Assembly (NCBI GenBank): GCA_038087875.1
Contig: JAXLNO010000589.1
Span: 1 to 58,335 of the forward strand
Length of the DNA: 58,335 nt
Reading direction: 5' to 3'
Origin: Malacoraja senta
Lineage: Eukaryota
The notes beneath the pieces are model-generated. The model worked only from the letters and a program-made list of their open reading frames with translations. It was not told the origin of the DNA and made no database searches. Position numbers and translations under genes: made by a program. This document shows positions 11,933 through 23,850 of the stretch, piece after piece. The number at the start of each line of letters is the position of its first letter. Position 1 is the stretch's first letter.

Positions 11933-14900
11933 ATGCAAGACGTTAATATGAAAATTGGGGGTGAAGGAATTAAATTTTGTAGCTGGAATGTTAAGGGAAT
12001 TAATGAACCAATCAAGAGAGGTAAAGTATTAGCCTATTTAAAATCACTTAAAGCAGATGTAATATTTCTCCAGGAAACACATCTTAAAAAGGAAGCACAA
12101 CATAGATTGAAAGCCAAATGGATTGCTAAAATGTATCATTCTTCATTTTCACATAAATCTAGAGGGGTTGCAATATTAATTCGTAAAGGTATACCCTTTA
12201 AACATATATCAACGACAGAAGATATTGAAGGCAGATATATTGTATTACTAGGGGAGTTATACTCAAAAAAAGTGACTCTCCTTAATGTATATGGACCAAA
12301 TTTTGATAGCCCCCTGTTCTTTAAGAGAATACTTAACATTATCCTGGAATGTACACAACATAATTTAATTATTGGTGGAGACTTAAATTGTACACTGGAT
12401 GCTTACTTGGATAGATCATCAAGTCAAAGAAAATTAAAATCTCAGTCAAGTGAATTCCTAAATTCATATATTAATACTACAAACATTAAGGATGTTTGGA
12501 GAATTGAAAACCCATCTGGTCGAGAATACTCATTCTACTCACCCGTGCATAAAACTTACTCAAGGATAGACTATTTCTTAGTAGACTCTAAACTTATCCC
12601 ATTTACCTATAATTCGCAATATCATAATATTATAATATTTATGATTAAACTAAAAGGAATGACCGAGAGAAAGACACAATGGAGACTTAATCCCCAAATC
12701 TTGAAAGAAAAGTTATGTAATGAATACCTCGTAAAACAGATTAATATGTTTTTCGAGGCTAATGACAGCTCTGGAATCTCCGCCTCCCTTCTTTGGGAAA
12801 CATTTAAAGCATTTGTGCGAGGAGCATTAATATCCTCCCAATCATTTATTAACAAAGAAAATAGGGCCAAACAACAGTCTTTGGAAACGGAAATAAAGCA
12901 ATTAGACATAGAAAATGCAATAGCACCATCTATGGTAAAACACAATAAAATTGCAGTACTGAAATATAAGTTAAACAAGTTATACTCAGACCAAGTAATA
13001 AAACTATATCAACGTACAAAACAATTACATTTTGAATTTGGAGGAAAAACCACAAAAACTATTAGCACGTCAACTTCGTAAACAGGACGGGGAAAAAACA
13101 ATTTACAAAATTAGATCAGATAAGGAGAGAAACATTAACACTACCTAAAGATATTAATGATAGATTTTTACAATATTATCAAAAATTGTATTCATCTAAA
13201 ACAACAGAACAACCAGTAGGAATGGAAACATTTCTACAGAAATGTAATCTTACAGGTCTAGATCAGAAAGAGAGAGAATCACTAGATGTAGAAATTACGG
13301 TAAAAGACATCGAGGAGTCAATTAGATCTTTAAAAAATGGAAAGGCCGCAGGTCCTGATGGTCTAAGCTCTGAATTTTATTAAAAAATTTACGATCTGAT
13401 TTCTCCACGTCTACAGAGACTTTACAAACAAGCTTATACTCAACAGAAACTTCCAGAAACTCCAAATGAATCTACAATCATACTTATACCGAAACCGGAT
13501 AAGGACCCTGAAGACCCAGGTTCATATAGAGCAATAGCTCTCTTAAATACTGATCAGAAAATATTAACCAAAATCCTATCTCATAGATTGAGCTTAGTGA
13601 TTAATAAATTAATACACCCGGACCAAACAGGTTTTATTCCAAAACGTTACTCATTTTATAATTTGAGAAGAATATTCAATATTATATATACAAATAGAAT
13701 TCCAAATGCAGATCTAGCAATTATTTCGTTAGATGCTGAAAAGGCATTTGACCAGGTAGAATGGACATATTTATTTTCGGTAATGAAAAAATTTCAATTG
13801 GGAGAGAAGTACTGTACATGGGTTAAATTGTTATACTCTAATCCAACTGCTAGAATATTAACAAATCAAATGTTATCAGCCAAATTTAATCTTTCTAGAG
13901 GTTGTAGACAAGGATGTTCACTATCCCCACTATTATTTGCTCTTGCAATTGAACCATTAGCAGAAAGCGTTAGAAACCATCCAGGAATACATGGATACAA
14001 CACTAGAGATACAAGGAATAAAATGTCCTTATATGCAGATGATGTATTAATATATATTACAAAGTTAGAAACTAGTATTCCAAATTTATTAAATCTAATA
14101 ACACAATTTGGTCAGTTCTCAGGATATAGGATTAATTGGAATAAAAGTGAAATTATGCCAATAACAAAATTCAACTTAAATACAATACAACAATCCCCTT
14201 TTAAAATAGTTAAAGATAAACTTAAATATTTAGGAATCTATGTAACTAAGACATATACCTCTTTATTTAAACAAAATTTTCCATCCTTACTTAATAAATT
14301 ACACAAACATATTCAGTACTGGAAAACACTTCCTATTTCAATGCTTGGTAGAATTAATGCTATAAAAATGATTTTCTTACCGCAACTACTATATTTATTT
14401 CAATTAATTCCGATATATATTCCAAAAAACTGTTTCAAAAAAGTCGACTCCATTGTTACAAGCTTTATTTGGGATTATAAGAATCATAGAATAAGTAAAA
14501 AACATTTATGTAAGTCAAAGAGCAACGGAGGTTTGGCTTTGCCAAATTTCTTATTTTATTTTTGGGCAGTCCATATTAAAAACATGAATTTCTGGCTGGA
14601 AGAAATGGACCAACAACCAGAATGGTTAAGGATGGAAAAGGAAGACTGTTTACCTTTTAAAATAGGTTCGATTATATTTGCTACCACAAAATTGCATTAA
14701 AAAACCTATAAGGAAAACCCTATATTACATAGTGGAATACGAATTTGGAAACAATTAAAAAAGGCTTTAAAACTGAATAATATACCACTATGTCTTCCCA
14801 TTGTAAATAATCCTCTATTCAAGCCATCCATATTGGATAGAGGTTTTATACAATGGAAAAATCATGGAATTAAAAGGATTGGACATCTTTATAGGGAAGG

Positions 14901-15703
14901 CATCTTTCTGTCATTTCAAGAGTTACAACAGAATCATGGACTACACTCAAATAACTTTTTCAGATATTTACAAATTAGAGATTATGTTAAATCCAATACA
15001 CAAGTTTATAGGACTAGGGAACCAGAAATTCTTGATGAATGTTTCAATAAGCATCCTAACACTGAAAAATTAATAGCTTATATTTATAACATTCTCTTAA
15101 ATAATGAGGAACCACCGATGGAACTATATAGACATAAATGGGAAAATGAGTTAGGTTATCCTATTACGAAAGATATTTGGGACGAAAGTTTACAACATAT
15201 ACATCAATGTTCGTTAAATGCCAGACATGCTTTAATACAATTTAAAGTCTTACACAGATTACATTACTCCAAAATAAAACTAAATAGAATTTTCCCACAT
15301 ATTTCTCCTATATGTGATAAATGCCTGCATCTAGAGGCCAATTTAACACATACCTTTGCAAATTGTATAAACATTAAAAAATTACTGGACTGATATTTTT
15401 CAAATAATCTCTGAAGTTGTTAATACCAAACTAGCTCCAGACTCAAAATTAATAATACTTGGGATATCAGAACAAAGTTTAACACTCACAACAAGCCAAA
15501 AAAACTTCCTTGACTACAGTATAATAACAGGGAAAAAATTAATATTAAAATTCTGGAAAGGCCCTACAACCCCCACAATTAAAATGTGGATTGTGGAAAT
15601 GTCGGAGACCCTACATCTAGAAAGAATTAGACTCGTCTTAATGGACAAGCAAGAACTTTTTGTTAAAATATGGGCTCCATTCATTGCCTATTTGAAGGGA
15701 TAG
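11933..15703 (+). pseudogene. L1 ORF2 (APE endonuclease, RT, CCHC), disrupted
   Basis: SWNVKG, FLQETH, GGDLN, SRIDY, GCRQGCSLSPLLF, LYADD, CDKC...H...C; several frameshifts/stops, and the SDH motif is deleted. Confidence 0.93.
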
Positions 15704-16060
15704 AGTGGCCCAGCGCGAAAGCCCGACTGAAGCTTGAACTCAGGATTAGATGTAATTATATTTCATAACCTACGAACTTATCTCCTATGACGTATTATAA
15801 GTTATTCATTCCACCTTTTTTTCTTTTTTGATATTGAAATTCTTCTTTCTTTCTCTTCTTTCTCTCTATTTTTCTTTTTCTATCTATATAAAAAAAACAC
15901 TAGAAGCAGAATTAACTGACAATTGACAAATTTAATAATGTATGAATGATTGATGTATATGAAAAGTTTTTTCTTCTATTCTATTATAATATGTTACTCT
16001 ACACTGTAATATGTTTGCTTCTAATAAAAAATTATATCACAAAAAAAACGGGAAGCAAGA

Positions 16061-16830
16061 GCGCAAGGAAGCAAGAGCGCATGTAAAACAAGTGGGGCAG
16101 TAAGGGTCACCGAAGAGCGCAGCAGGAAGCTAGAAGCCTAACCAGCAGAACAGCGACGGTGTTAGCTTACCTGGAACATTTTCCAGGGCCGTGCAGCCAC
16201 GGCCAGGCCCAGCAGCTGCCACCGACATTGGGTGATGGCCTAGTCCCGTGTAGGCCACGGACGGCCTTGCAAGACGGCCGTGAGCAAAGAAAGTCCTGCC
16301 GTGGGCGGAGCCAGCCCGGCCGTGAGAGAAAGCCCGGCCGCGCGAGAGAAACGTACCGGCCGGGAGAGAAGCGGGTCCGGCCTCGAGAAAAGTGGGGCTG
16401 GCCGCGAGAGAAGCGGGTCCGACCTCGAGAAAAGAGAGTCTGACCGCGGGAGAAGTGGGACACAGCACTTCGCCAGCCCCCGCCGGCGGGGCACAGTCCC
16501 GACGGGCGGAGCAGCGGGGGCCAGCAGCAGCCAGGCCGAGCCGTGGAGCCACCGATGGGCGGAGCAGCGGGTTCCAGCAGCAGCCAGGCCGGGCCGTGGA
16601 GCCAGAAGGCAGGCAAGTCAGCGGAGCAGCAGGAGTCGGCGACAGCCAGGACAGCAGTGAGGCAGGCAGGCCAGCGAGACAGCGGAGGCCAGCACTGGCT
16701 AGGCCAGTTGTGAAGCCAGCGGCGGCCCGGTGAGGCCAGCGACAGCAGCAACAGTGAGGCCCGGTGGAGCCAGCGGCACTACGGTGGGGACAGCCCGAGA
16801 GGTTGCTGAGGCACCGGAGTCCAGTAAAAC
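16061..16830 (+). repeat. GC/CpG-rich Gypsy leader with ~20-bp degenerate tandem repeats
   Basis: Recurrent gagagaagcgggtccg/gagaaaagtggg units at 16285-16460; continues the leader interrupted by the L1. Confidence 0.55.
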
Positions 16831-17098
16831 TCGCACAGTAAAAGCTGGACGGTTTGAATGTAATGTGTTGTGCACTGTTATTAATAATTTAAGTAAATCT
16901 CTGTGCATAGCAGGAATATGGTTTAAAATGTTCTAGTTGGCTATTAACATGAAATGTTGGTTTATTAGTATAAATCTATTATTATAAGAATTAGTAATCG
17001 TCAATGGGCTGGATAACATTTTAGAGTGTAAAAGGATTAAGTCCAGGGCAGAAAACACAGTGACAGAACATAGTGCACCTGAATAGCAACAGTGTAGC

Positions 17099-17400
17099 AT
17101 GGCTTTTCAAATTGTAGGAAATGTGAGATTCTGGGCATAATTTTGAGAAATGGACTGAAGTCTTGGAGGCTTGTTTCATTTCCAATGATATCACTGCAGC
17201 GGAGAAGAAGAGAGCATGGTTCATATTAGGCTTAGGAAGAGAGGGTTATCACACCTTACGTACGTTGCTGCAGCCAGCAAAGCCCACAGATAAAATGTAC
17301 GAGGAATGCAAGGAGGCATTCATTAATTGCTCATTTCTCGCCAAAACCTCCAAGGGCATCCAGAGGCAAGGAGCCTGAACTAAAGAGGGCAGGGAGTCCC
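17099..17400 (+). pseudogene. Gypsy Gag N-terminal domain
   Basis: MAFQIVGNV…FEKWTEVLEACFISNDITAAEKKRAWFILGLGREGYHTLRTLLQPAKPTDKMYEECKEA(LI)AHFSPKP matches the typical vertebrate Gypsy Gag N-terminal pattern. Confidence 0.8.
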
Positions 17401-17469
17401 TCAAGGGACAAAAGTCGTGCAAAAGGACAAAAGTCAAGTGCAAAGGGACAAAAGTCAATTGCAAAGGTC

Positions 17470-17648
17470 CATTGCCATCCAGAGGGCAACCCTAACTATT
17501 CAAGCTGCATTCAGGCGTATGAAGGTACGGAGAGAGATACGGGACAAACAGAAGGCAGCAATGTTAATACAAGCAGCATTTAGAAGGCACAGAGTATACC
17601 ATCCATACAGGGCAAAGAGACTGGCAGCTATAATAGAACAAACCCATT
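17470..17648 (+). pseudogene. ASPM: ASPM-like IQ-repeat fragment, part 1
   Basis: RATLTIQAAFRRMKVRREIRDKQKAAMLIQAAFRRHRVYHPYRAKRLAAIIEQTH: IQxxxR motifs with ASPM-type spacing. Confidence 0.75.
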
Positions 17649-18259
17649 TTACTTCGGAGTCACGTGAGTGACTACGTGAAGAAGACCCCGTCCAGCCGCA
17701 CACGCGTCATATCGATCAGACGCATAGCGTTCATGACCGTGTGTGGAGGAGCAGGAGCTCCTCCAGGCGGTGAGTAAAAAGCAAAGTTAAAGTAAAAGTC
17801 GGAAGGTAAGTGGTTTCATTTTCACTTACAGGGTGCTTTTCTTCCCGCTCAGACGTGTTGGTAGAGGTCCACACAAGTTACAATGGGAAAAGAGCGTAGG
17901 GGAAGGAGAGGACAGGGACGCACCGCAGGTAAAACCCCAGATTCTAAGGGTAGCGGGCATCAGGCAGAGGAGTCAGTGGCATCGAAGCCATTTAACTCCC
18001 GTTGCGGTCGAATGTGCTGTCAAACCGCCGGCGGCGGGGCGCAAGGCTGGACAAAAGTCGGCCCGACCTGTAGACTCGGATGAGTCAGACCCGGAGGTAT
18101 ACCCTCCTGAAGCAGAAATTGTTATGGCTGCAAGGGTCGCTAGCTTAGAGCTCCTGAGGGGAAAAATGATTTACAAAGAACTCCCACAGGAGGATTTAGG
18201 TCGGTGTTGGCCAATAAAGGATAACACAGGGTGTGCCTTGGATGGGACAGGCACAAGGG

Positions 18260-18520
18260 TGGCCTACAGGAGAGCCATCAGAAATACCTGTGCAAAGCTA
18301 TTACAGTGGTTGGCCTACAGGAGAGCCAGTGCCAGAAATGCCCGCAAAAAGGCAATATATGTGCTGGCCTACAGGAGAGCCAGTGCCAGGAATTCCCGTA
18401 AAAAGGCAATATATGTGCTGGTCTACTGGAGAGCCAGTGCCAGGAATGCCCGTAAAAAGGCAATATATGTGCTGGCCTACTGGAGAGCCAGTACCACAAA
18501 TGTCTGAGCAAAGACAGTAC
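18260..18520 (+). repeat. 54-bp tandem repeat (~5 copies) in DIRS-1 gag region
   Basis: Units start at 18311, 18365, 18419 and 18473 (WPTGEPVPxMPxKRQYMC). Confidence 0.9.
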
Positions 18521-19299
18521 AACCGTACATATGTGCCAGCACCGACAATTTCAAAAGAAAACATTATGAAGCGTTGGCCTAGAGTTGAGCCAGCGCCAAC
18601 AGCACCTGAAACAGGGCTGCCTATCCGTGGGCCTACAAGAGAGCCCGCGCAGGGGGAATCTGGCAGAGACTTACCTGAAACTGGGGAGCCAGAAATTACC
18701 CAACATAAAGATGAATATCTAGATTCAAATGATGATTTATATCAGGACCAGAGTCCATTATCAGAGCTAAAATGTTCCAAGGCTGGCACAAAAGTTTGCT
18801 GTTCCCACAGTAACAGGGGAACCTTTGAGAGAGGAAATAGCTATGACTATAAATTATCTACTCTCCCATCAGCCCCAGGAATTAACTATGGAGGTATTGG
18901 ATGAAGATTTTAGATCGAATTCACAACAAAATGCCTTAGCACTCATGTGTAGTGTGCACTTTGAAATAAATTGTATTCGTAAAAATACAATAACACCAAA
19001 TATTCATCCTTAGTATGCAGGCTCTGCAAACCATCCAATATACAAATGCCTAAATCTGCTTTTTGGAGAAAATCTAGCAAAGAAGCTAAAGGATTACCTA
19101 TGCTGAGCAGAGCGGTGCAAAGGCAGTATCCCTACAGGCAAAATGCTGGTGCAGGAGAAGGAACAAGCCTATCATTCTCGTATACACGTTGACGTGCTGC
19201 ACCAAGGATACGTGGAGGTTACAATGTGCCTACTAGAAGGGGACAACAATTGCCGGTGGCAAACCCCGAGGTAGGGGGACTTGGTCTGGTAAGAAACAC

Positions 19300-21197
19300 A
19301 ACAAATGTTTCACACTCACAAATAGGGGGAAGGTTACGATTCTTCCTAAAAGAATGGCAATCAATAACAAATTATTCATTTATTCTATGTAGCATTGTAG
19401 GATTCAAAATTGAGATCACTCCACGTTTGGATCTTCCAATTCAGCATAATTCAAACTGGTCACGGATTTTCTCAAAGGAACAGAATAAGTTGATCAAGGG
19501 AGAATTGAAAATTTTATGTGGAAAAGGAGGTAATAGAAAAGTCAGTAGAACAACACCATCAGTTTGTGTCAAATATTTCCCAGAACAAAAAACGATGGTG
19601 GATGTAGAATCCTTTCGGATCTGAAAAATCTTAAACCTTTATGTACAATAGAAACATTCCAAAATGGAAACATTTACTAAATGCCATTCAGCTGGTCACA
19701 AAGAATTGCTACATGGCAAGCACAGATCTGCAAAATGCATATTATTCTGTGAAATGCATGGTAATGATCAAAGATATTTGAAATTTAGATGGATGTCAGT
19801 TATGGCAATTTAAAGCATTGCCCAATGGCCTGACATCAGCACCAAGATTATTCACTAAAATTACTCAAACCAATTTTAGCTCTGCTAAGAGCTGAGGGCC
19901 ATGTATTAATGGTTTATTTAGAGGATATTCTGATTGTGCGGGACACTTTGGCTACTGCAATATTGTCAGTATCAAGAGTCAAATACATTTTGAAAAAATG
20001 GGTTTCATTATTCACCTACAAAAATCAAAATTGTTACCAAGCAAGAATAATTGATTAGCAAGGGTTCACAATTAACTCTGAACACATGGTAATCACCTTG
20101 CCAAAAGATAAGGCTGCAGTTAATTGAAGATTGCACTAAACTCATAAATAAGGACAAGCCTTCAATTAGAGAAGTGGCAAGCTTGCTGGGCAAATTAATT
20201 GCTGGGTTTCCAGCTGTCAGGTTTGGACCATTGCATTATAAATGTTTACAGAAGGCTAAGGTACAAGCATTAAAAATGAATACAGGGCATTTTGACAGGC
20301 CATGAAATTAACAATTGGATCCATTACAGAAATAGAATGGTGGATTAACAATGTCTCTAATGCTTCCAGAAAAGTTCTGGTAGAAACACCTTCCGTCATT
20401 CTACAGACTGATGTAAGTGCTCTTGGATGGGCGCAACTAACATGATTTCCAGCTGTGGAGGTAGGTGGAATGTCGATGAAGTACCTTTGCTTGAAAATTA
20501 AGGAATAAATTACCTAGAGCTGTTAGGAGCATTTCTTATTGCACTAAAGCTTATTGCACTAATATGGGAAATGTGCATGTTCAGGTACAGGTTGACAATA
20601 CTACAGCTGTAGCATACCTAAATCACATGGGTGGTATCAAATCAGAATCATGCGATAGATTGGCAAATGAAATTTGGACCTGGTGTATTTCCAGGAAAAA
20701 TGTGGCTGTCAGCAATATATTTACCAGGAAAAATTAACTTAATTGCAGTCAAAATATCACGTGAATTTAATGATAATACAGAATGGATGTTAAATCAGGA
20801 AATATTTACACAAATTGTAACACAATTTGGAATGCCAGAGATTGATTTGTTTGCATCAAGACTAAACCACCAATTGCCTAAATATGTGTCATGGGAACCT
20901 GATCCTGGTGCAGTAGCGGTGGATGCTTTCTCGCTACATTGGGGTGGTATGTTTCTGTATGCATTTCCACCATTTTGTTTAATCAACAGATGCATACAGA
21001 AAATTAAACAAGACTCAGCCTCAGGGATTTTGGTAGTACCAGATTGGCCTACACAGCTATGGTACCCACTGGTGTTAAAAATGATCAAAAAAACCCTTAT
21101 GATTATTCCAAAGCAGATAAAACTGCTTGTACACCCTGTAACTGATGAACCACATCCTTTACATGATCGTATTGGTTTGTTGATTTGCAGATTCTAA
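19300..21197 (+). pseudogene. DIRS pol: RT, RNase H and Dam-like methyltransferase domain
   Basis: IGGRLRFFLKEW, degenerate YLEDIL, VDNTTAVAYLNHMGG, IDLFASRLNHQLPKYVSW...DAFSLHW...YAFPPF...LVVPDWP. Confidence 0.88.
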
Positions 21198-22181
21198 GAA
21201 GGCCATATCTTGGAAAAGGATTATCAGATCGTACGGTGGATGTTATGACAGCAGCCTGGAGGAATAGTACCCAGAAGCAGTACATTTCCTATATAAAGAA
21301 ATGGGAGGTGTTTTGTTCAGGAAAGAATATTGCATATAACACAGCAGAAATTTCAGATGTAATAGAGTTTCTTTAAACTCTATACTACAAATTAAGATTA
21401 AGTTATAGTGCAATCAATACTGCACGAAGTGCACTCTCTGCATATTTAAGCAGTGAATCAGAACAAAATCCAATAGGATCACATCCTTGGGTCTGTAGGT
21501 TTATGAAAGGAATTTTCAACTCCAATCCTCCTAGACCTAGGTATACAGAAATCTGGAATGTAAAAGATGTACTGATGCTGCTGAGGATTGGAATCCTATT
21601 GAAACTCTGTCATTAGCCAAAAATCACCATGAAATTGGTTATGCTCATGGCATTAGTTTCAGCTCAGAGAGTTCAAACATTACAGAAACTAAGAATTGAC
21701 AGAATGAAGGTAGGGGCGAATGCCGTTACATTCTATGTCTATGATTTACTGAAGCAAAGTAGATCTGGGTTCACAGGATGTAAATTGGAGTTTTTCAACA
21801 TATCCTACAGATCCACGGCTATGTGTAGTAACATATGTAAAATGTTACATAGAAACAACAAGAATCTTAAGAGGCACAGAATTGGCATTTTTTATTAGTC
21901 ATAAAAAGCCTCATAAGAAAGTGTCAACACAGACAATTTCAAGATGGTTGAAACAGGTGTTGATTTATTCAGGTATTAATACTGATAAATTTAGATCTCA
22001 TTCCACCAGGGCGGCATCAACAACGGCGGCCAGGGATTCAGATGTGCCAATAGACCTTATCCTCGCGGCCGCAGGATGGGCAAGTGAACAGATGTTTCAC
22101 AAGTATTACCATAAGGAGATTAAAGATCTCGGGGTGTTTAGTGATGCCGTGCTGGATTCAGTATTAAATCCCCCATTATAA
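21191..22181 (+). pseudogene. DIRS tyrosine recombinase
   Basis: KLVMLMALVSAQRVQTL, TISRWLK, HSTRAASTT, AAGW...FHKYY. Confidence 0.9.
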
Positions 22182-22678
22182 TAAATGGGCCTAATTTGTT
22201 ACTTTTGTTAAAATAAATAGAACCATTAACTGATTACATTTAATGTTGTGGTTATGCATTGTTGATTGTGCTTACTCAAATAGAGTCAATCAGTTCAGTG
22301 AGCACTTGGATTTTAATCCACAGTGTGAAATCACAGAGCTTTGAAATCTTCATGTAGTCACTCACGTGACTCCGAAGTGAAATAGTAAGATTAAATGAGA
22401 ACTTACCAGTTTGAAGTTTGATCTTTATTTTATGAGGAGTAACGTTGAGGGATTACGTGCCCTCCGCTCCCACCCTCATAAAAGGATCAAGCTGGTAGTT
22501 CTAAGTCTTTATGCATCTTACTATCATACCAGTAATTATCGTCTGTGATTGTCACTCCGCTGCTTTGAAAGATTGACGCGTGTGCGGCTGGACGGGGTCT
22601 TCACGTAATCCCTCAACGTTACTCCTCATAAAATAAAGATCAAACTTCAAACTGGTAAGCTCGTTTAATCTTACTATT

Positions 22679-22942
22679 ATAGGGCACACCTTCAAATGGA
22701 AACTGATCGCAAAACTTACATGAAGGTACGCAGCAGCGTGGTGCTGCTTCAGGCTGCCTACCGAGGAATGGTTGTTGGAAAGCAATTGCAGTGCATGCAC
22801 AAATCTGCCAACGTCATACAGACTTATCAGATGCATAAACAGCGTCAGTATTTCAAAAAACTACGCTGGTCCGCCACTGTGGTACAGCAACGATACAGGG
22901 CTTGCCAGATAAGAGATGTCCACGTGAGACATTATAATAGCC
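22679..22942 (+). pseudogene. ASPM: ASPM-like IQ-repeat fragment, part 2
   Basis: YRAHLQMETDRKTYMKVRSSVVLLQAAYRGMVVGKQLQCMHKSANVIQTYQMHKQRQYFKKLRWSATVVQQRYRA; in frame with part 1 after removing the DIRS. Confidence 0.78.
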
Positions 22943-23019
22943 TCGAAGAGTTCCTCCAAGCCTCACCGTGGCCCCAGTTTACCTGCTCCATCTAACCTCA
23001 CTCCCTGTGAGGCTGGGTG

Positions 23020-23492
23020 GAGCAATGACCTCAGTTCTCCCAATCACTGGGATCCTGGCTCCTGCAAAGATCCTCTCTTGAGACACATTAGGACCCCACT
23101 TCCTGCAAGGACCTTATTTCTCCCGTTCTCCTGAGACTCACTGGGACCCCGGAACCCAGGTTCCCCTGATCTTTCAAGAACCACAGGCCCCGTTCCTGCG
23201 CGGGTCCCAGTCCCGAACTCTCCTGAGACTCACAGCTGCCCTGCTTCCTTGAAGGCCCCCAGTTCCTCCGCCTCCTTCTAGAGACTCAATGGGTCCCCAT
23301 TCCTTGCAAGGGCCCCAGTTTTCTCACCGTCCCGAGACTCAGTAGTGGCACAGTCCTTACAAGGCCCCTGGTTCCCCCACTCCCCGGGACTCACTGGGAC
23401 CCCAATCCTTGCAAGAGCCCTGATGTCCCTGCTATCCCGAGCCACTTGTGCCCTAGCCTCTGTAAGAACCCCAGTTTCTCCATTTTCCTGAG
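23020..23492. repeat. Degenerate ~52-56-bp minisatellite
   Basis: Recurrent gagactcactgggacccc...ttccttgcaagg..cccag units. Confidence 0.65.
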
Positions 23493-23494
23493 TG

Positions 23495-23850
23495 TGAATA
23501 GTGAAAGGTCTGGAGAGAAGGGATGTGGAGATGTTTCCACCAGTGGGAGAATCTAGGACCAGAGGACACAGCCTCAGAATAAAAGGACGTACTTTAAGAA
23601 AGGAGATGGAGGAATTTATTTTGCCAGACGGTGGTGAATCTGTGGAATTCATTGTCACAGTCGACTGTGGAGGCCACATCATTGGGTATTTTTAAAGCTG
23701 ATATCGATGGGTTCTTGATCGGAGGTGTGTCAAAGGTTACGGGGAAAAGGCAGGAGAATGGGGTTGAGAGGGACAGATCAGCCATGATTGAATGGCAGAG
23801 TAGACCTGATGGGCTGAATTACCTAATTCTGCTCATATAATATATGAACA
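23495..23850 (+). mobile_element. CR1 3' fragment
   Basis: KGLERRDVEMFPPVGESRTRGHSLRIKG...VVNLWNSL. Confidence 0.8.

Larger units (their letters stand above)
9855..16046 (+). mobile_element. Near full-length L1-clade LINE, family A copy 1, inserted in the Gypsy leader
   Basis: ORF1, a ~0.9-kb AT-rich spacer, ORF2, AATAAA and an A-tail; 14-bp TSD AACGGGAAGCAAGA at 9841-9854 and 16047-16060. Confidence 0.95.
17649..22675 (+). mobile_element. DIRS retrotransposon copy 1 (full length, decayed)
   Basis: Left ITR ttacttcggagtcacgtgagtgac; ICR ~22345-22460; right ITR ~22575-22675; gag, RT/RH/MT and YR remnants; ATT at both junctions (17646-17648, 22676-22678). Confidence 0.93.

Noticed and set aside
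16130..16936. Overlapping Ala/Arg/Pro-rich ORFs on both strands
   Set aside because: An artefact of GC-rich repeats lacking stop codons; no domain was recognised.
20631..22181. Phage/bacterial integrase plus methylase as horizontal transfer or contamination
   Set aside because: Both are standard DIRS components lying inside ITR/ICR-bounded elements.
17470..22942. The genuine ASPM locus
   Set aside because: Only ~450 bp of IQ coding sequence is present, directly abutting Gypsy gag; no other ASPM exons or the rest of the multi-kb IQ exon are visible.
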